In this document: piece by piece, positions 26,174 through 35,400 of the stretch | How positions within the stretch are numbered: position 1 is the stretch's first letter | How the letters are laid out: each line of letters starts with the position of its first letter | IMG/VR virus record: IMGVR_UViG_3300032373_000001 | Reading direction: 5' to 3' (one strand) | Source: a virus | Lineage: Duplodnaviria > Caudoviricetes | Length of the DNA: 64,000 nt | The notes under the pieces: generated by a model | Seen by the model: the letters and a program-made list of their open reading frames with translations, nothing else | The model's database searches: none | Told to the model about the DNA's origin: nothing | Made by a program: the position numbers and the translations under genes

Positions 26174-29100
26174 TCAGGCGCACGGATCCGGGTCGGACTC
26201 ATCGGCCGTCGGATCATACGGGGCCAGGGTCACATCCGGGCTTGACCCCTCCCGACTGCGCTGCGGGAAGAGGGGCTTGCCCTCCAGCCTGTAGCGATCC
26301 GAAGCCGCGAAGCCCTCCCCGTGTCCAGTCGGGGAGATCTGCCCGTCCAGGGCACACCCCTCGCCGCACTGCGGGCCGTGACCCACAACACCTTGAGTGA
26401 TGATGACCATCTGAACCTCGTCCCCGTAGGTGCGCTGCACGTTGCCGGAATAGGCCGTCTCGGGGAAGTTCCGCACCAGGAAGGCTCGTCCGGCCAACAC
26501 GGCCCCCTTCAGGACCGGCTCCGACCCCTCGTCAAACCCTCCAGCAGTCCAATCCAGCGGGCCCCCTGACGGAGTAGGCAGCAGGTCGTAGGCGCTACCT
26601 CCGCCCCGGTAGAGGCGGAAGCTCCTCACGCCGCTGGGGGTCGAGAGCGTGTAGGGGGTGTACTGGAGGATAGAACCATCGGCCATGCCGATCTCAGTCG
26701 AAGCCTGAATGCGCCCATACTCCAGAGTGCCGCTCAACGGGGAGACTTCCCGACCAGAGCCGCTGCCTCCAGAGTTCCAGACCTGGAGGAGGCTGGCCCC
26801 GTTGCGGAGGGCATCCTCGCCGATGAAGTCGGAGTCCTGGAGCAAGATGCCCAGCGGGAGCCTCTCGGTGAGGCCCGTGAGGCGCAAGGCCGTCTGAGCA
26901 TCCGAGTTGAGACTGCCGTTCATCTTCGGGACCGGGGCTTCCGTGACCAGAGCCGCATCCGTGATGGCATTCAGGAGGCTCTGGCCAGCGCGGGGAGTGA
27001 TGCTGAACCCGGCGACTGCCCGACTGCCCGCAGCGGGAGTGAGCCGAACCTTCGTGAGAGCCCCTTCCCCCCCGGGCAGGAGCGAGTACACTCGGACCGA
27101 GTTGTCTCCTGGCCACACCGCCCGCACTCGGCCCTGGTTGACGGCGATCACGGAGGCGTTGATCGCCGCTGCCAGCGAAGAGGCAACAGCAGAAGCGGAA
27201 CCTCCCGAGAAATCGGTGTTGCTGACGAGGGTTGCCGTCGCGGTCCCACGTTCGACCAGCACCGACTCCCCTGCGGAAGTCACCGAATCTTGGAGGACTC
27301 GAATCTCAGCCCAACCCTGAGATACAGAGTCCGGCAGCGGCTGGGTGAAGGTGCGGCCTTCCGTTTGCCAGACAGGGTCCGTGGTGGCCGCTGGAACACG
27401 GCTGGGAGCTGATCCCGCATTTGTGATGTGCCCGATGTCTGTCAGGGTGCCCGGGAACACCTTTCCGCCGATCTTGCCGGTGCCCAGAGTAGTGTAGAAG
27501 TCCATGCTGGCAAGGACCTCCAGGGTACGGGCATTGGGGATCTCAGGGACCTGCGCATAGTTGCTGGTGGAGTCGAACTGCTGGATGGGGGTTGCCAGTT
27601 GAGCTGACCCGCTGGAGGGGATCTGACCCAGGCGCGTCTCGTAGTCGCTGGTGGTCTTGGTAGTGCCGTCTCGCGTCATGTAGGGGTCACCCTGGTACAC
27701 GACCCGGTCGTAGGTCACATACAGCTGCTCGTTGAACGGCAGGGGGAGGGGGAGGATGCAAGAGACCTGCGTAGCCAGAGCAGTCACGCCCGTGCCGCTG
27801 CCACCATCAGGCAGGTCATTGCGGGCCAGGACGAAGTTGTTCTTGTTGATGAACCCGCGAGCGAATCCGAACACCACGCACTCAACGACAAACTCCACGT
27901 CGTCGAAGGTCTCCCCGGCGACGTACTGACCCGACCTGCGGACATCGATGATGTCTTGAGGGATCACATAGGTGTGATCGTCCTCATTGCCGGTGACATC
28001 ACTGGCCCCACCCTTGACGATGAACAGGCTCTGGAGATCGACATCTTCTCGGAGCAGGTTGGCAGGACGGCCCAAGGCAGTGCTCTTGGTCACCCGGTCA
28101 GAATCCCAAGCACCCAAGCCTGCGAACTCTCGCAGATCGTAGACTCCGTACAGACGGGCGATGCCCAAGAACGGGGGCAGCTGGACCCCCTTCAAGCCCT
28201 TCTGGGTGATGTCGCTGGAGTAGACCGTCACGTCCTCGTAGATGCGGCCCTGGTAGCCTGCCGAGCTGCCTCCCATGGAGTAGTATTCGCCGTAGTCCCG
28301 GCCCGAGGTTGCCCCCGTCTGGACGAAGAGGCTGACGACCCCCGACCCCGAGTCCACGCCACCGACCACCCGGAACACATCGTCCGAGTCCGTCTGGCTG
28401 TCGCCGAACATGTGGTTGATGCCCGGATAGACCGTCTGGGCAGTACCATCTGTCTGGTGGTAGGGGATGTCTTGACGCCCGAACTTGGGCATGTACTCCC
28501 ACGGGAAGGCGTAGGCATAGTCGGCCGTTGCCGGGAACAGGTTGCCGCCATCCACATCCCCAAGGAAAGGGCCGACCGAGTAGGTCGAGGGGAAGAAGCG
28601 GTTGGAGGCTCCTGCGGTGGCCTGGTACCGATTCAGGGTGAGGTCCACCCGCCGGTAGGGGCGGACCACCAAGGTCTTAGAGCCGGCATCAGTGAGGATA
28701 GGGGCTTCTCGGAGGACCTCCCCTCCCGGCCCGACACCATCGCCATAGGCGGGAGCCCGTGGAGCTCCCAGGCCCAAGGAGGGCAGGAGGTTCCAGTGCT
28801 GAACAGGTTGCAGGGGGAAGTAGGTCTCCCCATCAGGCACCCCAGCCTCAGAGTCAAAGTCAGGATCCAGGGCAGTGACCGCTTCCCGGACCAACTCCGC
28901 CGAATCCACGCCGACCATGGCGACCCGGTTGATCTGGCGACCGACGCGGGCAGTGCCGCCCCGACTGGGGCCGTATTGGATCAAGGTGCTGAGCACGGCC
29001 TGGGAAGTGGAAGGAGTGCTGATCAGACCATCCCACGGAGAAGATGCACCACCGGCAACGCTCTCGAGGTCCGTGAGAACCATGACTGCACTGGCCCCGA

Positions 29101-31540
29101 CCCCGGCCGAGTTGCCATCCTGGGTGTGGGTGTACTGGGAGCGGACCTCCGCAGTCAAGCCTGTGGTCGCGACCAACGCCGCGACTCCTTCTCCGACGCG
29201 CTCGACAACCAGGGCATCAGCCGTTGCCGCACTCTCGGTGGTGTAGCCTGCGGTGCCGGCACCGACCACCCGAAACACGCCAGCATTGGCAGCGTTGGTC
29301 CCATCCCCCGTCAGGACCAGGTAGAGCTCCGAGCTGGCTCCCGAACGGTCCTGCCCGCCTCTGGTGAGCATGTCGAACAGGTTCCGCGAACCGTACAAGA
29401 GCAAGTTGGTGATGCCGTCTGTGCTCAAGGAGTCCACGTCTCCGGAAGGGAACCAGTCCCCAGCCGCGTCGAAGTCCACCCCCGTGAACCGGACCTGACT
29501 CAGCCCCGAAGGGGCCGACCCAGCCGCAACCGTTGTGGCTGCCGTGGTTCGAAGATCCGCGTGGACCGTTCCGCCCAAGACGAGGAACGGGCGCTCGAAG
29601 TTGTACTCCGGGAGCGGGAACAGGGGTCCAGGGTGGGCAGTAGCGGACTCGTCCGCACCCACGGGGTCACCCCAGCCTTCTTGGATGAAGCGGAGCTGGA
29701 AGGAGGTCTGCGCACCCGAGACCCCGATCCCCGAGGTGGAGGCGATCTCGTCCCGCGTGAGCCAGTACTCCCTCGGAGTCAGGTAGCGGCACCACCTGTT
29801 GGAGGAGGTGTCTCGAACGGTAGCGCGCGCACCGCCATCAAGAGTGCTGCCGCCGATGTTGAGTTCGATGACGGTGCCGTTGGACCAGCCCCCACCGTCA
29901 CTTTGGAACCCGCTCGGGTCGAAATCAGCGGCTGGCCCCCAGCTCCCTGCGCCGGCAGTGAAGTCCGCCACAGCGGTGGGGGTCCCCCCGGAACCCGTCT
30001 CCGGGCTCAAGATCAGGGTCGCCAGCTCAACCGTAGCGGCATCGCTGAACACCGTTCGAATACCATCCGGACCATCCAGGGCCTCGGTCTGGTTGGGGAC
30101 GCTGAACGCCCCGTTGGCGTACAGGGTGTCAACCTCAAGGACGGTCGTCCCTTCGGTGTCAGTCCCTGCCCCTTGCTTGTAGGAGGAACGGAGCGTGTTG
30201 TTGAACAGCTTGCCGAGGTTGTGCGCCAGGAGAGCTTGGTAGTCCCAAGCCGGGGAGACGGCATGGCGAAGGTCCAGGACATCGTCGGCGTACACCTCAT
30301 CGGCGTACCGACCGTCTGGGCGGAAGTTGTAGAACTCCAGGCCAGTGCCGGCATCGTGCGGGGAAGCCTGGGTGCCTCCCCGGCCCCGGCCACCGCTGGC
30401 GCGGATGGTGATGGTGCCCGGAGTCACTGAAGTGTCAACGCTCTCGATGCGGATGATCTCGTCATCCAGCTTCAGGAAGACCGAGTCCCAGTTGAGGTCG
30501 GTGTTGTCGAAGCCGCTGCCCGAGAGGCCGTCGACCTGGATAGCGCCAGTCGCGGTCTCGTCGATCGCCGAGGTCAGTGTGAGGGTGCCGAAGGTACGGG
30601 TCGCCTCCACCGGATCGGTGATCGTGGCGCTGTTGGGGTTGCGGTCCAGCCCCCCCATCTGGTTGGCGTTGCCCGCTGAGGTCCGAGCGACGAAGCCTGC
30701 CGTGTTCCTGCGCCGAATCGCACAGACCGGGATGGCATAGACGTAGCCGTCGACCGTTCCGAGAGCGTTGGTGTAGTCCCCGTCGCCCGCACGCCAGAGC
30801 CCCGAGTCTCCCAACACCGAGCGCATGTTGGTGAAGGCGAACCCTGCCTGGGGAGAAGTAGCAGTCCCCTGAGCCAGGACGTTCGGGTCCCCCATGCCCT
30901 CAGTGTAGGTGCTGAAGTCGATCGAGGTCCCCAGACCGGAACCTGCACCCACGACCCTCAAACGGTACTGGACCTGAACCCGCTGGGTGGTCTGGAAGCC
31001 GATGGTGGGGTCGGTGATCTGATCGACGAGGTTGGTGCCCCCGAAGAGGACGTTGCCGTACTTGTAGAGAGTGCTCGCCGAGGGCTTGTTGACTGTCGAG
31101 GGGTTCGGAGCGACCTGCCCTCGCCACACTTCCAGGAACACGAAGTCCCAGCGGGTGTCGCTGGAGGGCGGTTGGAAGAGGTTGATGCGATTGGAGGTGT
31201 CGCCGTCTGCGACTTGGCTGCCCGTGACCGGGATCATCCACCCGTTGACCTGAGCCCACATCACAGGGGCCTCATCCGAAGAAGCCGGACGTCCCAACTT
31301 GAAGAAGTTGCTCCAAGCCGGGTCGAACTGGAAGTCCCGGTCCGAGTTGAAGGGGTCGATGACCCAGCCGGAGGGCATCTGACTCTTCAGCACCCCATCC
31401 TGCTTCTCTTGCCGGATCTGACCGCCCAGGTTGAGTTCGCTGTCCAGGGGCGGCTTGTCCTTCTGCCAGACCACCAGCTCGTACTGGTAGCCGTCGGCAG
31501 TGAGGGTGCGGCTTACACCGGTGCCAAAGTTCTCAGACAT
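26174..31540 (-). CDS. large virion tail/baseplate-associated protein (1788 aa)
   Basis: G/S/T/D-rich; N-terminal WQKDKPPLDSELN motif; paralogous to 37730-41023. Confidence 0.8.
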   Translation of the reverse strand: MSENFGTGVSRTLTADGYQYELVVWQKDKPPLDSELNLGGQIRQEKQDGVLKSQMPSGWVIDPFNSDRDFQFDPAWSNFFKLGRPASSDEAPVMWAQVNGWMIPVTGSQVADGDTSNRINLFQPPSSDTRWDFVFLEVWRGQVAPNPSTVNKPSASTLYKYGNVLFGGTNLVDQITDPTIGFQTTQRVQVQYRLRVVGAGSGLGTSIDFSTYTEGMGDPNVLAQGTATSPQAGFAFTNMRSVLGDSGLWRAGDGDYTNALGTVDGYVYAIPVCAIRRRNTAGFVARTSAGNANQMGGLDRNPNSATITDPVEATRTFGTLTLTSAIDETATGAIQVDGLSGSGFDNTDLNWDSVFLKLDDEIIRIESVDTSVTPGTITIRASGGRGRGGTQASPHDAGTGLEFYNFRPDGRYADEVYADDVLDLRHAVSPAWDYQALLAHNLGKLFNNTLRSSYKQGAGTDTEGTTVLEVDTLYANGAFSVPNQTEALDGPDGIRTVFSDAATVELATLILSPETGSGGTPTAVADFTAGAGSWGPAADFDPSGFQSDGGGWSNGTVIELNIGGSTLDGGARATVRDTSSNRWCRYLTPREYWLTRDEIASTSGIGVSGAQTSFQLRFIQEGWGDPVGADESATAHPGPLFPLPEYNFERPFLVLGGTVHADLRTTAATTVAAGSAPSGLSQVRFTGVDFDAAGDWFPSGDVDSLSTDGITNLLLYGSRNLFDMLTRGGQDRSGASSELYLVLTGDGTNAANAGVFRVVGAGTAGYTTESAATADALVVERVGEGVAALVATTGLTAEVRSQYTHTQDGNSAGVGASAVMVLTDLESVAGGASSPWDGLISTPSTSQAVLSTLIQYGPSRGGTARVGRQINRVAMVGVDSAELVREAVTALDPDFDSEAGVPDGETYFPLQPVQHWNLLPSLGLGAPRAPAYGDGVGPGGEVLREAPILTDAGSKTLVVRPYRRVDLTLNRYQATAGASNRFFPSTYSVGPFLGDVDGGNLFPATADYAYAFPWEYMPKFGRQDIPYHQTDGTAQTVYPGINHMFGDSQTDSDDVFRVVGGVDSGSGVVSLFVQTGATSGRDYGEYYSMGGSSAGYQGRIYEDVTVYSSDITQKGLKGVQLPPFLGIARLYGVYDLREFAGLGAWDSDRVTKSTALGRPANLLREDVDLQSLFIVKGGASDVTGNEDDHTYVIPQDIIDVRRSGQYVAGETFDDVEFVVECVVFGFARGFINKNNFVLARNDLPDGGSGTGVTALATQVSCILPLPLPFNEQLYVTYDRVVYQGDPYMTRDGTTKTTSDYETRLGQIPSSGSAQLATPIQQFDSTSNYAQVPEIPNARTLEVLASMDFYTTLGTGKIGGKVFPGTLTDIGHITNAGSAPSRVPAATTDPVWQTEGRTFTQPLPDSVSQGWAEIRVLQDSVTSAGESVLVERGTATATLVSNTDFSGGSASAVASSLAAAINASVIAVNQGRVRAVWPGDNSVRVYSLLPGGEGALTKVRLTPAAGSRAVAGFSITPRAGQSLLNAITDAALVTEAPVPKMNGSLNSDAQTALRLTGLTERLPLGILLQDSDFIGEDALRNGASLLQVWNSGGSGSGREVSPLSGTLEYGRIQASTEIGMADGSILQYTPYTLSTPSGVRSFRLYRGGGSAYDLLPTPSGGPLDWTAGGFDEGSEPVLKGAVLAGRAFLVRNFPETAYSGNVQRTYGDEVQMVIITQGVVGHGPQCGEGCALDGQISPTGHGEGFAASDRYRLEGKPLFPQRSREGSSPDVTLAPYDPTADESDPDPCA

Positions 31541-31559
31541 CTATCTCTCCGAAGAGGGC

Positions 31560-32384
31560 TCAGGGCAGGTTCTGGATGAGGGCGGCGAATCCGAGCAGGT
31601 AGATCTTGGTGGGCCCCGCGTTGACGAAGGCCACGCGGAGATCGGTGCCTGGGGCGACCAAGTCCACCGGAGTGAGGTAGTCGGCCAGATACCAACTCGC
31701 CCCGTCATCCACACTCACATAAACAAACAAGTCGGCCATCTCGGGGTCGGTCTTGGCGACACGCCGAAAAGATGGGGTCTCTTGCCCTGATGTGGTGTTG
31801 TAGCCCGTGACGATGTCTTCGTTGGTGGAGATGGTTGCCACCTCCCACCAGAGCATCACATCCCGCGTTCCAGGATTCGAAGGGTTCAGGGATGTGATGT
31901 CCTCGGTCTCACTCATGATGAGACCGTAGGTAGCGGTGAAAGCGTTGTCGTTCCGGGGGAGGATCGCCACCGAGCTGGGGGCGTTGCCTGCTGGGGAGCT
32001 GCCTGCCCGGCCCACCTGACACCGGGGTCCGTTGTTCCCCGGACCATACGCCGACCAACTGGGCGGGGTCGGGCTCACTGTGGCTGTAGTCGGCTCCGGT
32101 CCCCCCGAGGTCACGTCAATCTTGAGAAGATCATTGACGTCCAACAGGAAGTTCGAAGAGATGTGATCGAACTGGGGATACCGGGCCAGCAGACCGGCAG
32201 AGATCAAGCCGGTGACGGACCCTGAGTCCTGCGGCTGGATGTAGCTGGAAGAGTCCAACTCGATAGACACCCCGTCCGGGACCGGGATGAGGTACTGGCC
32301 GTTGACAACAGTGGTTCCCCCGACCGCAGGGGAGCTCTCCGACTTGACGACGTCGTCTGAAGAGAGGTTTCCGATGATCTGCAA
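31560..32384 (-). CDS. putative tail-associated structural protein
   Basis: Beta-rich S/T/G composition inside the tail operon. Confidence 0.65.
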   Translation of the reverse strand: MQIIGNLSSDDVVKSESSPAVGGTTVVNGQYLIPVPDGVSIELDSSSYIQPQDSGSVTGLISAGLLARYPQFDHISSNFLLDVNDLLKIDVTSGGPEPTTATVSPTPPSWSAYGPGNNGPRCQVGRAGSSPAGNAPSSVAILPRNDNAFTATYGLIMSETEDITSLNPSNPGTRDVMLWWEVATISTNEDIVTGYNTTSGQETPSFRRVAKTDPEMADLFVYVSVDDGASWYLADYLTPVDLVAPGTDLRVAFVNAGPTKIYLLGFAALIQNLP

Positions 32385-32419
32385 GACCGTTTCTCCGTGT
32401 TCTTAGGGCTGTACCCCAA

Positions 32420-35400
32420 TCAGGTGGTGGAGTTGTTCGCGGAAGTCCACCCGACCGCTGCAATGTCCGGCCAGGTGTTATTGCCGCCCCCAGAAGTGGA
32501 CTGGCTGATGTTGCCCAGGAGCGCGCCGTCCGAGGTACTGTAGTTGGTCCCAGACTGACCGGCATCTGTCATGCTGGGCGTCAAGGAGGACCCATTGCCG
32601 CGAGCCAGGTTGTTGGAGATGATGATCGCGTCCAAGTTCCCCTGGTTGGAGTCGAACGTCCCTGTCAGCACGGAGGTCTCCGCATCGCCGTCCCCGAGGT
32701 CAACGAAGAATCCGTAGGCGGTGCCGTTGTTCAGCTGGTTGCTGGTCAACACCACGTTGTCCGACTCACCCGTGAGTCGGAGGCTCATGTTGTGGAGCCC
32801 CCCGTTGAAAGAGGTAGACGCCGCCGACCCCGCCGAGCCGTTCTGAGTCGAGGCGTTGCCGCTCAAGACCACGTGTCGCAGAAAGGAGTTACCAACCGCT
32901 CCGGAGTCCCCCACGTCATGAGCCAGCCGCAAGCCGTGGCCGCCGCAGTCCCGCACGATGTTGTTGCTCATGCTCACGTTGTACAGGTTGAAGGAAGTGC
33001 CGTTGCCCCCCGCGTCCGTAGGGGGATTGAACCCGGTGATGACGATCCCATTCGAGCCAGCCTCCACCACCGTGTTGCCATCGGTCTTGATGGAGTAGGA
33101 GCTGATAGTGTCGTTGGTGGGGTACTCGACCTGAATTCCGAGAGCTGCCGTGCCCTGAATGGAGTTGTTACAGGCGCGGATGTCCTCGTAGGTAGAGGAA
33201 CTTGCAGAGAGTGTTCCCGCATTGATAAGGATGCCGTTGGACCAAGAGCCACCGCGGATCTGGTTCCCCGAGGCCGAGACCTGAAGGATGTCGTCCACGC
33301 CGTCCAGGTCGATGCTGATGGCCGTACCCGTAGAGGCGGTTGCGGTGTCCCAGTTGAGGATGTTACCGTCCACTCGGAGGTCCGAGATGTCCTGAGCGTA
33401 GGTGGCCGTCAGGTCCGTGAAGTAGATCCGGATGCCTCCGCCGGGGCCAGAGTTGAGGATGTTGTTGCAGACCGAGACGTTGTTGTAGCTGCTGCCATCC
33501 CCGTAGAGGCCGATGCTGAGGATGGCGTCCTGATAACCTTCCGCAGCGCAGCGATCGAAGGTGTTGCCCTCAACCCGGAAGTTGGACGCCGAAGCATCGT
33601 TGAGGACGATGAAAATGTCCTCGTCCGCACTGACAGTGAACGCCGAGAAGTCGCTGGTAGTCAGCTCCCAGTAGTCCCCCATGAGCCAGACCACCGCGCC
33701 ATCGTTCCAGAAGTTGTACTGGTTGCCCGGCAGGGCCGTGTTCAGGGCACCCACGATGTTCGCGGCAGTGTCTGAGGCCGTACCTCCGACGGCAAACTCG
33801 GTCCCGGCAGTGATCACCGTACCATTGATGGTAAGCGTGTCACCGCCCGTGACGTTGCCGTTGTTGATGACCTCGATGCGTCCTGGGCCCACATTGTAGA
33901 AGGAGTTGTTCCGGACGCTGACGTTGCGGAGGCTCCCGTTCAGAGGGGAGGTGGCGTTGGAGTTGTCGAGACGGAAGCCCGTGGTCATCAGGTCGGTGAC
34001 CTGGTTGTCCCGAACGTCGAAGTTGGCCAGCCCTGGGACCGGAAGTGTAGTGGCCCCCATATCCAGGAAGATGGCTGCGCCGCCTTGCTGGTATCCCGGA
34101 CTGCCACTGCCGAACAGTCCCCGCTGACTCAGCGCGTTCTCGGAGATGTTGCCGCCGAAGACCTGACCCGAGATGAAGAGGCGGATGCCCTGGTTCGTCC
34201 AGTTCTCGATGGTGTTGTTGGCGATGACCAGGTTCGTAGAGATGTCCGTGTTGGTGGTAGCCAGCACGTAGAAGCCGGTGGTCAAGGCGCTGCCTGAACC
34301 GTAGACCGAGTTGCCCGTGATGGTGACATCGCTGAACAGGTCCGCATCGATCTGGGCGGCTCCCCCCCGGACATCACTGAAGGTGTTGTCTTGGATCGCC
34401 AGCCCCAGCACTTGCTCCAGGTCTACATCGACGGAGCGCTGGTACACCCCGTCGAAGGAGTTGCCCGAGATGGAGCAGCCTTCCAAGGGGTTGCTGGAAC
34501 CTCCGTCCTGAGTGAGCCGGAGGGCGGTGAGGCTCAAGGCATTGCCCTGGAACTGGTTGCCTTGAATCTGGATGTTCTGGTAGAAGCCCGCGCCGCCATC
34601 GACCAAGAGCAGGGTCGTAGCAGGACCCACGTCCGGCTGAAGGAGCTGATTGCCCGAGATGAGGACGTTGACCAGGGCTGTCGTCAAACCCGAGTCGCAG
34701 AGGACTTCGAGGTGTGCGTTGGAAGTTGTGAGGACCGCCTCGACCGTGTTGCCTTGAACCCGGAGGCCGTTGACGGTGGAGTTGTCGCCCACAGTGGCCG
34801 AGATACCGGCATCCCCGCAAGAGCGGAGGTGGTTCTCCGAGATGGCAGCATCCCGAACAGTGATGTCAGTGCTACCGACCCCACCATCGTCGGCGCGGAG
34901 GTGGATGCCGTAGGTGGCTGCTGCGGTCACAGAGTTGGCCGTAGCGCTCAACCCTGCGAAGTCACTGGTCGCACCCGTGGAACGGTTGGCGAAGAAGATG
35001 CCATAGCCCCCTCCGGCCCCAGTGCCTGCCAGCGCGTCCAGGACATTGCCCGAGACCACCAGCCTCTCACAGTTGCGCGCGTAGAGCCCTTGAGAGTCCA
35101 CGTTGGCCCCGCCAGCAGTAGGGGGGTTCTGGGTCCCGGTGGAGTCAATGATCTCCCCGATCTCGGAGATGTTGTTGCCGTTGACCGTGCAGCTCACTGC
35201 CCAGTTGAGTCCGATGCCCTTGCAGCCCGATGCGAAGGTATCGGTCAGGCTGCCTTGAGCGTAGGCGCAGTGGTGAATGGTGTTGCCCGTCACCTGGCAG
35301 TCTTCCATCGGGAAGGTAGAGGAACCCTCCAAGAGGATGCCGTTCTGGAACCTCTGGATCGTGTTGCCCCGGATGGTGATGTACCGGGCCTCCGCAGCAG